From Terriglobia bacterium (GTDB lineage Bacteria; Acidobacteriota; Terriglobia; Terriglobales; Acidobacteriaceae): a stretch of DNA of 64,000 nucleotides. The stretch spans positions 38,246 through 102,245 of the forward strand of contig CAWGMN010000013.1 in the NCBI GenBank assembly GCA_963823745.1. The letters are read 5' to 3'. The notes beneath the pieces are model-generated. The model saw nothing but the letters and a program-made list of their open reading frames with translations. It was not told the origin of the DNA and did no database searches. Every line of letters begins with the position of its first letter. The first letter of the stretch is position 1. The translations under genes and the position numbers were made by a program. Below are positions 55,501 through 62,350 of the stretch, in pieces.

Positions 55501-57673
55501 CGGCGGTGGCCAGGAACCGGCCATTCGCTGAAATCTTCATGCTGGCGTTAGGCGTGATCGCATTAGGCGTGCTCGAGACCAGGCTCAGCGCTCCACCCGC
55601 CGCGATGCTGAAGGTGTTGATCTGGCCATTGCTGGAAGCCATCAGGAAGCGTCCGTCAGGCGTTGCTGCAAGCGATATTCCAGCGCAGGAATCAAGCGTA
55701 AGCGATGATGCAAACGGTGAACCGGCCACAGCCGTCAATGCGCCATTGGCAGGATTGATCTGGAAGGCGCTGATGCTCAGGTCGCCGTTGTTGGAAACAA
55801 ACAGCAGATTATTGCCGGTGCTCAGCGTGATGCGGTCCACCGCTGAACATGCGGTGCTGGTGCTGGAACCTCCGGTGGCAAACGGCGAGCCGGCCAGTGC
55901 CGTCAGCGTACCGTCTACCGATACTGAATAGCCGGAGATGCTGTTCGCGGCCGTCTGGTTATTCACGAAGACGAAGTTCGCTGTCGGGGCCGTATTGACC
56001 GTGAGGATGCCGTTGTTCACCGTCACGGTGTAGTTGACAAGCGCCCCCGCAGGATCAACCAGAGCGGGAACGATTGCGTAAGTCCCCACCGGGCTGGTCG
56101 CGACCGCCGCAGTGCTGTAAGTGGCGGTAATGTTGTCGCCGTTCCTGATGCCGGTGATGATTCCGGTCAGTGGCGGATTAGGAGTTCCAAACAGCCGGCT
56201 CACGCTGGCTGCGGTCACGCTCAAGGGAGCGGGATTCACTGTCAACGTGCCGTTGTTAATGGTAACGGTGTAGTTGGGCAGCGCATTGGCAGGATCAACC
56301 AATGTGGCCACGATCGGATACGTTCCTGTCGGGCTGGCCTGAGTGGCGGTAGTGCCGAAGGTGGCAGTAATGTTGTCGCCGTTCTTGATTCCCACGATCG
56401 ATCCGGTGAATACCGGGTTGGGATCGCCATAGAACCGGCTCACGCTGGCCACAGTCACGGTGAGAGGAGCCTGCGTTACTGTGAGCACTCCGTTATTGAG
56501 CACCACGTTGTAGTTCACTGCTGCGCCATTCGGATCAACCAGCGTGGGCACGATGGCATAAGTTCCGATGGGGCTCGCAGGCGTCGCCGCCGAACTGTAA
56601 GTGGCGGTAATGTTGTCGCCGTTCTTCAAACCGGTGATCGTGCCGGTAAACACCGGATTCGGATCACCGTACAGGCGGCTGACATTCGCAGCAGTCACCG
56701 TCAAAGTGGCCGCAGTTATGGTCAGAGTGCCGTTGTTGATGGTAACGGTGTAATTCCCAAGCTTGTTGGTTGGATCAACCAGCGCAGGCACAATGGGATA
56801 AGTTCCCGCTGGGCTGGTGGCTGTGGCTGTGGTGCTGTAGGTGGCGGTGATGTTATCGCCATTCTTCAATCCGCTTATCGTGCCGGTAAACACCGGATTC
56901 GGATCACCATAAGCGCGTGTGGCATTGTCAGCAGTCACTGTTAATGCCGCGGCGCTGATCACCAGGTTGCCGTTATTAATGGTCACGGCGTAATTGCCGA
57001 GCTTGTTCGTCGGATCACTCAATGCGGGCACAATCGGGTAGTTCCCTACCGGACTGGCGGGAGTGGCCGTACTTGTATAGGTGGCGGTAATGTTGTCGCC
57101 GTTCACCAGGCCCACGATGGTCCCCGTAAAGAGCGGGTTGGGGTCGCCGTACAACCGCGCCGCGTTGTTGGCAGTCACGATCAAGACGGCTTGTGTGACT
57201 GTCAGCGTGCCGTTGTTGATAGTGACAACGTAGTTGCCCAGCAGATTGTTGGGGTCAACCAGTGTCGGCACGATGGAATAGGTTCCAACCGGACTTGCCG
57301 GTGTAGCCGCACTTGCGTAAGTAGCGGTGATGTTGTCGCCGTTCTTGAGTCCCGTGATGGTGCCGGTAAAGGGCGGATTAGCAGCACCATAGGCGCGGCT
57401 CGCATTGTCCGCAGTCACCGTGAGGGGCGCCGGATTTACAGTCAGGGTTCCATCAACGAAAACAAAGACATAGTTGGTGGCGGCCAGCGTTCCCTGCGTG
57501 CAGCTAATCGGATACGTACCCGCCGGACTTGTCGGCGTCGCGGTGGTGGAACAGTCGGCAGTTCCACTGACTACGGCAATGGTATCGCCGTTTACAAAAC
57601 CGGTGATCGTATAAGTAAGAGCAGGATTCGGATCGCCGTAAAGCCGCGACTGGTTGTCGGCGGTCACGGTCAA
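52523..57673 (-). CDS. Giant surface protein, central part: MBG x7, lactonase-type 7-bladed propeller, DUF11 x2, Ig-like, MBG x7
   Basis: It has 14 units of about 78-80 aa with R.YG(D/A/S/T).NP..(T/F)(G/Y/F)(T/S/I).. .. V.G/NGD signatures (MBG, YGX type, from memory). The propeller has FVFVNNQTAANSISGYSVS..VAYPPR. The DUF11-like region has VVAGQSVTYTITVTNNGADPASVTATESLPSGL. Confidence 0.85.
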   Translation of the reverse strand: MTVTADNQSRLYGDPNPALTYTITGFVNGDTIAVVSGTADCSTTATPTSPAGTYPISCTQGTLAATNYVFVFVDGTLTVNPAPLTVTADNASRAYGAANPPFTGTITGLKNGDNITATYASAATPASPVGTYSIVPTLVDPNNLLGNYVVTINNGTLTVTQAVLIVTANNAARLYGDPNPLFTGTIVGLVNGDNITATYTSTATPASPVGNYPIVPALSDPTNKLGNYAVTINNGNLVISAAALTVTADNATRAYGDPNPVFTGTISGLKNGDNITATYSTTATATSPAGTYPIVPALVDPTNKLGNYTVTINNGTLTITAATLTVTAANVSRLYGDPNPVFTGTITGLKNGDNITATYSSAATPASPIGTYAIVPTLVDPNGAAVNYNVVLNNGVLTVTQAPLTVTVASVSRFYGDPNPVFTGSIVGIKNGDNITATFGTTATQASPTGTYPIVATLVDPANALPNYTVTINNGTLTVNPAPLSVTAASVSRLFGTPNPPLTGIITGIRNGDNITATYSTAAVATSPVGTYAIVPALVDPAGALVNYTVTVNNGILTVNTAPTANFVFVNNQTAANSISGYSVSVDGTLTALAGSPFATGGSSTSTACSAVDRITLSTGNNLLFVSNNGDLSISAFQINPANGALTAVAGSPFASSLTLDSCAGISLAATPDGRFLMASSNGQINTFSIAAGGALSLVSSTPNAITPNASMKISANGRFLATADASSVAVFTINADGSLTPVSGSPFAKAGAGSLAGLDFSSTSGLLYGAETSATGTIADAWTVDANGILSAITGSPFTTADNNSGVVLLTPDNSLLFASNQGSNSVTSFSVAAGGSLTSLGSFGSASSLHVPAGLATDRSGTLLYVADDTFGVAVFRINGAGTLSQLGDVAIPGAAQVQGLVAYPPRTASTADVSVTQSASTASVVAGQSVTYTITVTNNGADPASVTATESLPSGLSVTSCSATGNGQCAAASNNQAISFYQLQSGESQTATLVAQTSTTVADGSSLTATASISNNSAVDANTANNSSSVTITVSQPATSVIAVAPASGTYSGSTTLSATLKDAKGNILSGKTVSFSLNGAAISSAVTDATGLASVPASLAGIAAGTYPGAVTASFAGDVNATAVSGSADLTVNPAVLTVTAGNASRIYGDPNPTFAFTITGFVNGETQAVVSGTPSCTSADPTSNVGSFPIVCTVGTLAASNYTFTFVNGTLTVTPAALTVTTNNATRVYGDANPAFTGTITGLKNSDNITVAYSTTATAASAVGTYPITPSLVDPTSKLGNYTVNSSNGTLTVTTAALSVSAANATRAFGDPNPVFTGTLTGIKNNDNITATYSTTATASSPVGTYAIVPALVDPTGKLGNYTVTSSNGTLTVVSALLTVSAANATRFYGDPNPAFTGTITGLKNGDNITATYGTTATATSAPGAYAIVPSLVDPNGAAANYTVVINNGVLSVNAAPLTVAANNATRSYGSANPAFTGTITGLKNGDNITATFTTVADVTSNVGTYAVTPVLSDPGNQLSNYAVTITNGTLTITAVPLTVTTNNASRVYGDPNPTFTGTITGLLNGDNITATYFSADPTAAVGTYPIVPTLVDPNGKLVNYTVTSSNGTLTVTPAPLSVSAGNISRAYGDPNPAFGGTITGIKNGDNITATYSTTADATSPVGTYTIVPALVHPTGKLSNYTVSSSNGTLICHCCSADRNCGEYEPCLWRS

Positions 57674-57777
57674 CTGCGCCTTGGTGACTATGAGATTACC
57701 CAGGGCGCTGCTGGGGCCGAAGCTGGCATCGCCGCCGAAAGTGACTGTGAAAGCTGCGGTATGTGTGCCTACGGCAG

Positions 57778-60168
57778 TCAGGCCCAGGGCACAACCACGG
57801 TGGCAATGCCGCTGCTGTCAGTCACAGCGTTGTAGACCTGGTTGTTCTGGTTGAAATTGAAGCCAATCGTTTTCCCCGCTAACGGTGCGTTGTTGCTGGT
57901 CAACGTCGCAGTCAGCGTGGCTGAGCCGCCGTAGGGGCCGGTCGCAGTAGGAACAGAAAGGGCAGTCCCGGTCTGTGCCGAAACAGTTAAGTTGACAGTA
58001 GAGGAATTGTCATTTGGATTGGGGTCAACTACCGATTTGTTGCTGATGATTGCCGTGTTGCTGATCACCGTACCGTTGGCAAGAGACGCATTGGGCGTCG
58101 CGATAATAGAAGCAGTCCGGGTTTCCTGCGGGGCCAGCGTTGGGAAAGTGATCAACTGTGCCGGATTTGCAGGCACGCTGGCGCTACCGCCGCCGCTGAC
58201 CGAATCGCCTGCTGTCTGGTTGTAAGTGAATGTAGTAGGTGTCGGCACTGAAACGATCGGGAATGTGCCGTTAAATGTAGTATCGGCCACGCCTGTGATA
58301 GTCACTGATTGGCCGGCAAAGAACTGGTGCGGAACAACGGTAGTGATGGTCACCACATTACTGCTGCGATTCGCACCCGTGGAAGCAACGATCGGCGGCT
58401 TCCCGGCGAAGCTGGCGGTGCTGCATGTGCCGCGGCCTGAAGTGACAAAACATGCGCCATTATTGACCGTTCCGCCTCCGCTGATGTCGCTTCCCGGTAT
58501 AGGCTGAACAGGGGTGGCCTGGCTCTCTGGAAATTGGGTGATCGGAATCCCGTTCTGGTTATAGGTAAAACTGGTCGGATTGATGATCGTAGCTACAGTA
58601 AAGGCGCCTGTCAGTCCGGGATCGGTAAACAACGCGCCCGGAGTCCGCGCGTCCGGTGAAGTAGGCGCCGGCACCGAGTTAATCGCGATGGCTTCGCCAG
58701 CAAAGAGCTGATGCGGTACGGTGGTTGTCACCGTTACCACTCCATTGACCACGTTTCCTGCTACTGAGTTTGCGCGCGTAATTCCCGCCGGATTCACGAT
58801 CGGGGTAGCGCCGCCCGCCCGCACGGTCGGAGGAAGCGTATCAGATACTGTGGCTGTTGCCGTCGAAGGGCCGTTGTTCGTGATACTCAACGTATATTGA
58901 ATGGGAGCAGAGGGCGTTGCCGCGGTACTCGCGGAACTCATCATCAGCGTTAGATCAGCACTGGTGCAGGAACGCGGAGGATAAGCAACCAGGTCCTGGA
59001 TCTCGCCTGGCCTGTTGATGGCTAAATCGCTCAACGAAGTCAGAACGCCGCCGGTGCCGATTCTGAAGGTCGCTACTCCGAAACTGTCATCCGCTACAAA
59101 CAGGAAATTTCCCGCAAAATCCGTGGCCATTCCAGCAGGGGTATGCACCGAAGTAGTGCCGCCAAACTTTCCAACATTGAGCAGGCTTCCGGTGGTGGGA
59201 TCTACGGTAAACGGGTTGATGCTGTTGCTGAACTGATTGCTTTCGAATAACAAACTATTGTCAGGGCTGAGCAAAACCAGGTTCGAGTTGTTTCCCGCAG
59301 CGGCATGGAAGGGCGTCCCCGGAATTGGAGTGAGCACTCCAGTGGGGCTGACCGACCACGCGTCTGCCTGGGTCGGACTGCCGGTAGCCTCGCCTCCATA
59401 AAGGCGATCTCCTGCGCAACTGAAATCGAGGCCTGCAAGTGTTCCCGTTCCAGTCTTCGGAAATGGCGATCCCGGCACCCCGGTAAGCGCCCCGGTGCTG
59501 GTATTGATGCTGAACATGGAAACTGTGCTCTGGTTGGAAACCGCGAGCAATTGTCCGTTGGGCGAAATCACCATGCCTGCGTTGGGCACGAATGGATTTG
59601 GTGTAACGGTCCCTGCGGTCAGCGTGCCGGTTGCTGAGATGCTGAACGTCTTGATCTGTCCGTTGCTGGAGGCATAGAGAAAAAGTCCGTCGGGAGAAAC
59701 TGCAAGCGACATGCCATGGCAGCTATCCTGGGTAAGTCCCGTGGCAAAGGGCGAGCCCGCGACCAGTGTTAAACCGCCCGTCTTGGAATTGATCTGGAAC
59801 GAACTGATGGTCTGGTTGCCGGTATTGGCAACAAACATAAAGTTATTGGCGCCGCTGATGGTGATTCGCTGCAGTCCATAGCAGGTCACGTTCGCGCCCA
59901 CGCCGCCGGTTGAAAAAGGCGACCCGGAAACCTGCGTGAGTGCCCCGGCCGCTGACACCGAGTACGCGCTGACGGTATTGGTCGCAGCCTGGTTGTTCAC
60001 ATAAACATAGTTGGTCTGGGCCTGCGCGCCCGCGGCAAGCACCAGCATCAACGCCAGCAGCAACGCCGCCGCGTTCCACAGTTTTCCAACAGGTGCTTTT
60101 TTATTTGCTTGTGATAAAACTCGGGCATACGCAAGTTGTTTTGAACCGCGCGCATCGAAGGCCTCCAA
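57778..60168 (-). CDS. Giant surface protein, N-terminal part: signal peptide, lactonase-type propeller, DUF11-like, 2 x ~55-70 aa module, DUF11-like, Ig-like
   Basis: NYVYVNNQAATNTVSAYSVS..VAYPPR is about 55% identical by eye to the propeller in 52523..57673. The end ..DSSGIATVVVP continues in another frame as LGLTAVGTHTAAFTVTFGGDASF..KAQLTVTADNQ, which is the start of the next ORF. The likely true start is ATG 60155 (GGAGG 6 nt upstream), which requires an indel fix in the T6 run 60097-60102. Confidence 0.8.
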   Translation of the reverse strand: MEAFDARGSKQLAYARVLSQANKKAPVGKLWNAAALLLALMLVLAAGAQAQTNYVYVNNQAATNTVSAYSVSAAGALTQVSGSPFSTGGVGANVTCYGLQRITISGANNFMFVANTGNQTISSFQINSKTGGLTLVAGSPFATGLTQDSCHGMSLAVSPDGLFLYASSNGQIKTFSISATGTLTAGTVTPNPFVPNAGMVISPNGQLLAVSNQSTVSMFSINTSTGALTGVPGSPFPKTGTGTLAGLDFSCAGDRLYGGEATGSPTQADAWSVSPTGVLTPIPGTPFHAAAGNNSNLVLLSPDNSLLFESNQFSNSINPFTVDPTTGSLLNVGKFGGTTSVHTPAGMATDFAGNFLFVADDSFGVATFRIGTGGVLTSLSDLAINRPGEIQDLVAYPPRSCTSADLTLMMSSASTAATPSAPIQYTLSITNNGPSTATATVSDTLPPTVRAGGATPIVNPAGITRANSVAGNVVNGVVTVTTTVPHQLFAGEAIAINSVPAPTSPDARTPGALFTDPGLTGAFTVATIINPTSFTYNQNGIPITQFPESQATPVQPIPGSDISGGGTVNNGACFVTSGRGTCSTASFAGKPPIVASTGANRSSNVVTITTVVPHQFFAGQSVTITGVADTTFNGTFPIVSVPTPTTFTYNQTAGDSVSGGGSASVPANPAQLITFPTLAPQETRTASIIATPNASLANGTVISNTAIISNKSVVDPNPNDNSSTVNLTVSAQTGTALSVPTATGPYGGSATLTATLTSNNAPLAGKTIGFNFNQNNQVYNAVTDSSGIATVVVPWA

Positions 60169-60180
60169 AAAAACGCTTTC

Positions 60181-60591
60181 TTAGAATTCAATGAACATCT
60201 GCACTGGGTTTCCATGTGCATTGCTGTAACTCACGCTCATGGCGGGAGCGCTTCCCTTTTGCCAGGACTCATAAAGCTTTTGCGGGATGGTGAACGAGCC
60301 GTTTACCTGGGTCTGACGACCGGCTGGAAGCGCCACGCCGGTAAGTTCGCCGTAAGTCACGCGGGCCGCGTTGGGATCATGTAATGCGATCGTGGCTTTG
60401 CTGACATCGGCGGAAGTGTTGTTGGCCACCGTCAGCGAGATTGTGAGTTGGACATTGTCTCCCGCTTCGGAAGCGGCGCCCAGGCTATAGGAGCCGGTGA
60501 ACTCACTCGTCGAGTTGGTGGCATAAGAACAAAGGACCAGTGAGGTCAGGACGACAGCTAAGACCAGAAATGACCGGCGTACGGAAATCAT
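60181..60591 (-). CDS. Small secreted Ig-like protein
   Basis: 136 aa from ATG 60591, with a GGAGG 5 nt upstream. Signal/TM MISVRRSFLVLAVVLTSLVLCSYA. Beta-rich. It is the first gene of the adhesin operon. Confidence 0.6.
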   Translation of the reverse strand: MISVRRSFLVLAVVLTSLVLCSYATNSTSEFTGSYSLGAASEAGDNVQLTISLTVANNTSADVSKATIALHDPNAARVTYGELTGVALPAGRQTQVNGSFTIPQKLYESWQKGSAPAMSVSYSNAHGNPVQMFIEF

Positions 60592-60923
60592 GAACTCCTC
60601 CACTCAGGTGAACCGGACGGGAGATCATGGCGGAGCGCAAAAAACTTGCTCCGCTATAACATCGCAATCCGATATATCGTGGGCTGGACACAGAACTCCA
60701 GCTCTTCACCGCGAGCTAAGGATGCGCTTCTTCAATTAGAAATGGCTTAACTGATGATTAGAAACCTTAATTCTGTTTAATCATGGTTTGAATGCGTGGA
60801 ACTGACGGCATCACCATTAATATGCGTTCAACTATAGGTGGCTAGTTTAATAATCAAATGAATCTTTAGTTCGAAATGGAGAAGAGAGAGGCGCAGATAG
60901 GTTTTGACGAAAGATTCCGTAAA

Positions 60924-60958
60924 CGGAGCAAATAGCAATTGGCAGTTAGCAATTTAGC
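60924..60958. repeat. Heptanucleotide array, 5 units
   Basis: CGGAGCA AATAGCA ATTGGCA GTTAGCA ATTTAGC. Confidence 0.75.
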
Positions 60959-61151
60959 GAAAACAGAGACCCTTGCTGCTCGCCAAGGCTCTGGCGCACG
61001 CGGATGACTTGGCGGCCCGCTGATCACCAGCGTTTCGCTAACCAACCGGCCTCCGCTAATAAACTGGCGCTTGTTAATTAGTTATTTGTTAGCTACCGAC
61101 TATCTAGTTTCTAAAACGGTATCGGCTACTAGTTTATTCATATTCGGCATC

Positions 61152-61207
61152 TAGTACTTGGTACTTAGTACTTGGTACTTGGTACTTGGTACTTGGTACT
61201 TGGTACT
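61152..61207. repeat. Near-perfect heptanucleotide SSR (TGGTACT/TAGTACT) x8
   Basis: TAGTACT TGGTACT TAGTACT, then TGGTACT x5. The last five units are identical. Confidence 0.95.
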
Positions 61208-61232
61208 TGAGGCCGGCAACCATCTTGCTTGA

Positions 61233-61295
61233 CTAATTGCTAATTGCCAATTGCTATTTGCTTTCCTAAGTACCAACTACTAATTACTAAGTACT
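61233..61295. repeat. Heptanucleotide array, 9 units
   Basis: CTAATTG CTAATTG CCAATTG CTATTTG CTTTCCT AAGTACC AACTACT AATTACT AAGTACT. Confidence 0.8.
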
Positions 61296-61356
61296 GCTTT
61301 TGAAAATGGCTGGCGGAGTTGTCTCCGCCAGCCATGGTTAAGGGTTGCAGTTATTG

Positions 61357-61806
61357 TTAGGGAACGATGTAGATATGTCCCTGGCCGATCTGGTTTGTCG
61401 TTGGCGGAGCGATCTGGCTCCGTTGCAGAGTGACAAATCCAGGGTTAATGCTGGGATCGTCACCAATGGCCAGGCTGGCATCAACAGCGGTGCCGGCGAA
61501 ACCGAGAGCAGTCACCGCTCCAAGAGGAGCGTTAATGCTCAGATTGGGATCCAGCGCGCCTTCCAGCACCCAGGGGCTCTGGGTGGCGCAGAGGAAGCCG
61601 AACTGAGCAACTTCCGGATCCTGTTGCAGATTCGGAGTCACGTTCGGATCATCAGGGTTCACGCCCATGCTGCCCATGTAGAGCGCCGGCGCCGTGCCCG
61701 GATCGGCAGGAACGCTGGGCGACAGTTTCACTCCCTGCGGAGGCAGGCACGAAGGCCTGTCGCCGTAGGGGCCAACTGTGATGGCTGACGGGTTGTAGAA
61801 CACCAA
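61357..61806 (-). CDS. Secreted propeller protein 2, C-terminal segment
   Basis: ..FYNPSAITVGPYGDRPSCLPPQGVKLSP..GQGHIYIVP. It continues ORF 61652..62350 after a frame break. Confidence 0.55.
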   Translation of the reverse strand: MVFYNPSAITVGPYGDRPSCLPPQGVKLSPSVPADPGTAPALYMGSMGVNPDDPNVTPNLQQDPEVAQFGFLCATQSPWVLEGALDPNLSINAPLGAVTALGFAGTAVDASLAIGDDPSINPGFVTLQRSQIAPPTTNQIGQGHIYIVP

Positions 61807-62350
61807 GAGACGGCGGACTCTGCAATCTGGAGAGGGCGCGAGTCACCGGCAAAGCATTGCCACGCTGGAGTGCGGGCGATGCCGAAACCAGCACCGTTAC
61901 CTGACCCTTCAGAATGAGCTGGCCGCTCACCTTGGGCGGCGGACCAATTTCCGCCATGTACAGATCATTGCCATTGAAGGCCATGCTCAGTACGCCCACA
62001 GAATTGCCAGTGGCCCCGATATTGAACGGCGTTGAAGGAGACGTAGTTGGATTGGTGATTTTCTTGATCTGCGCCTGGTCAAGGTAGCCGAGGTACAGTG
62101 CGCCATCGTTGAACGGCCCTGAGGGCAGCGCGACAGCGGCAACCTTGCCTACGCCGGTGTTTAGCAGCCGGTCTGAGTGATAGGTGCCGCCGGTTGCGTC
62201 CGGAGTGAACAGCATCCTGAAGATGCCAGGTGAAGTACCGGAAACGTCAGGGATGTAGACGTTCTGGGTGCCACCTTTCGATGGATTGTCAGCGGCAGCC
62301 TGTCCCGGTTCAAAGTCCGGGCGAAGGCTTGAAGCAATGGCTGAGTCCAT
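61652..62350 (-). CDS. Secreted propeller protein 2, middle segment
   Basis: ..NVYIPDVSGTSPGIFRMLFTPDATGGTYHSDRLL..LSMAFNGNDLYMAEIGPPPK.. is protein-like. Both ends degrade into nonsense at the frame breaks. Confidence 0.55.
   Translation of the reverse strand: MDSAIASSLRPDFEPGQAAADNPSKGGTQNVYIPDVSGTSPGIFRMLFTPDATGGTYHSDRLLNTGVGKVAAVALPSGPFNDGALYLGYLDQAQIKKITNPTTSPSTPFNIGATGNSVGVLSMAFNGNDLYMAEIGPPPKVSGQLILKGQVTVLVSASPALQRGNALPVTRALSRLQSPPSLGVLQPVSHHSWPLRRQAFVPASAGSETVAQRSCRSGHGAGALHGQHGREP

Noticed and set aside
51617-57673. Diversity-generating retroelement (template/variable repeat pair) as an explanation of the near-identical DNA repeats
   Set aside because: The repeats are in-frame tandem MBG domains. 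There is no reverse transcriptase gene and no adenine-specific mismatch pattern between a pair of repeats.
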